DNA of 64,000 bases, from positions 210,492,001 through 210,556,000 of the forward strand of contig NC_086097.1 in the NCBI RefSeq assembly GCF_963921235.1. The letters run 5' to 3'. Positions 62,360-64,000 of the stretch are shown here, one piece after another. Positions within the stretch are counted from its first letter, which is position 1. Each line of letters opens with the position of its first letter. The translations under genes and the position numbers were made by a program. This DNA is from Mobula hypostoma (Eukaryota). Below the pieces are notes generated by a model. The model was given only the letters and a program-made list of their open reading frames with translations, had not been told where the DNA came from and did not search any database.

Positions 62360-63880
62360 CCTTTCCCCTTCCTTTGCAGTCCCAACAAAGCATCTTGGCC
62401 GAAACTTCGACTGTTTATTCATTTCCATAGGTGCTGCCTAACCTGCTCAATTCCTCCAGAAGATTGTGTGTGTTGCTCTGGATTTCCATCATCTGCAGAA
62501 TCTCTTGTGTTTATGATTAGATGCTCCACTGTGAAGTCTCTTCAAGGGATGCCTGCCCTGAAGAAGTGTAAATCTTCTTTTTGATGGGAGATCAATGAGA
62601 CCCTCTCTCACTGCTCTCCCTCTGTGATCTTTACTGTCTTCCAACTCTCTGACCATCTACTCACCCAAACTTGCTACCACAGCCACATATCCATCCTGGG
62701 AACTTGTGTTTGCTGTCAGCTCTGTATTCAGTCCTCCTGGTTTGAACCCACTGAGGTTCCCAGGTACTCGCGTTCGACTGATTCCTTCTCCCGCCACTTC
62801 TCCCTCCATATTCTATACCACAATGAGGCTACCCTCAGGGTGGAGGAGCAACACCTTATATTCCATCTGAGTAGCCTCCAACCTGATGGCAAGAATATCG
62901 ATTTCTCTTTCAATTGAAAAAATGTTTCCTTCTCCCTCCCCTCTGCTATTCCTCATTCTGGCCTCTTGCCTCTTCCCACCTGCCTATCACCTCCCTCTGG
63001 TGCACCACCTCCTTCCCTTTCTCCTATGGTCTACTCTCCTGTCCTATCAGATTTCTTCATCTCCAGCTCTTTACCTTTCCCAGTCACATGACTTCATCTA
63101 CCACCTTCTAACTATGCTCCTTCCCCTCCCCTCCCTTTTTTATCTTGGCACCTTCCCCCTTCCTTTCAGTTCTGAAGAAGGGTCTCAGCCAGTAACAACG
63201 ACAGTTTATTCATTTCCATAGATGCTGCCTGATCTGCTGAGTTCCTTCATCATTTTGTGTGTGTTGCTCTGATTTTCCAGGATCTCTTGTGTTTATGATT
63301 AGGTGCTCCACTGTGAAGTCGCTTCGAGGGTTGCCTACCCTGATGAAGCTTAACTCTTCTCTTCAACAGGAGTTTAGTGAGACCCTCTCTCACTGTCCCC
63401 CTCTGTGATCTCTGCTTCTCTCCAACTCTTCAGTCAGTCTTGCTACCACAGCCATGTATCATTCCTGGGAACTTGTCTTCGCCGCCATTTTAGTCCACCT
63501 GGCTTCAGCTCTGTTTTCAGGCCTCCTGGATTGGACCCTCTGTGGATACCAGGTACCTATTTTGATTGACTGCTTCTCCCTTTGAATTTTATGCCATAAT
63601 AAGAACACCCTCAGGGTGGAGGATCAACACCCTATATTCTGTCTAGGTAGCCTCCTACCTGATGCCATGAATATCGGTTTCTCCTTCTGGTAAAAAAAAA
63701 ATTCCTTCCCCTACCCCTCTTATTCTATACCCCACTCTGGCTCTTACCTCTTCTCACCTGCCTATTGCCTCCTCCTGGTGACCTTCTTTTTTCTCCCATG
63801 GTCCACTCCCCTGTCCTACACCTCCAGCCCTTTATCTTTCCCACCCACTTATCACCTTCTAGCTATCCTCCTTCCCCTTC
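62360..63880 (+). mobile_element. Head-to-tail PLE-derived array, period ~790 bp, with degenerate hammerheads at 62377-62413 and 63167-63204
   Basis: Tail / spacer / GIY-YIG remnant plus pseudo-LTR repeated. Junction GTGTTTATGATTAG.TGCTCCACTGTG at ~62510 and ~63293. Confidence 0.75.
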
Positions 63881-64000
63881 GATGATGACGTCGACTCAGG
63901 CCTGAGAAGCCTGCATTGGGCATCTTCACGCCTTACAAGGCGCGGATGGGAAGGCTGTGTGGGGCGCTACTCCTCGCAGACATTTCGCAGTATTTTTCTT

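Noticed and set aside
62377..63204. Active hammerheads in the tandem array
   Set aside because: First copy has CCAACAA instead of CUGANGA. Second has GUAA instead of GAAA and no UH triplet.
63881..64000. GC-rich sequence starting GATGATGAC, possibly the 3' end of another retroelement
   Set aside because: Cut by the window edge and too short to classify.

Overview
Eukaryotic, AT-rich and almost entirely transposon-derived DNA. The repeat spectrum (CR1, Rex1/Babar, Penelope-like, Nimb/I-clade, L1, Gypsy, hAT, Tc1) resembles a cartilaginous-fish genome; that is an inference. I can support no host gene, rRNA, tRNA gene or CRISPR array. Best-defined elements: a two-LTR Gypsy provirus (15455-20390, 5-bp TSD, tRNA-Leu PBS), a full-length Nimb/I-clade LINE with RNase H (53796-59206, 15-bp TSD), a rearranged hAT transposase fossil with related MITEs, two solo LTRs, and many nested LINE fragments. 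The most interesting signal is a Penelope-like repeat family carrying a minimal type I hammerhead ribozyme motif. One copy (27153-27190, minus strand) has an intact core. Several short TSD-flanked insertions begin or invert at the ribozyme, and a ~790-bp head-to-tail array (62.4-63.9 kb) looks retrozyme-like. Coordinates were counted by eye. TSD-defined ends should be good to a few bases; ends of degenerate fragments are approximate.
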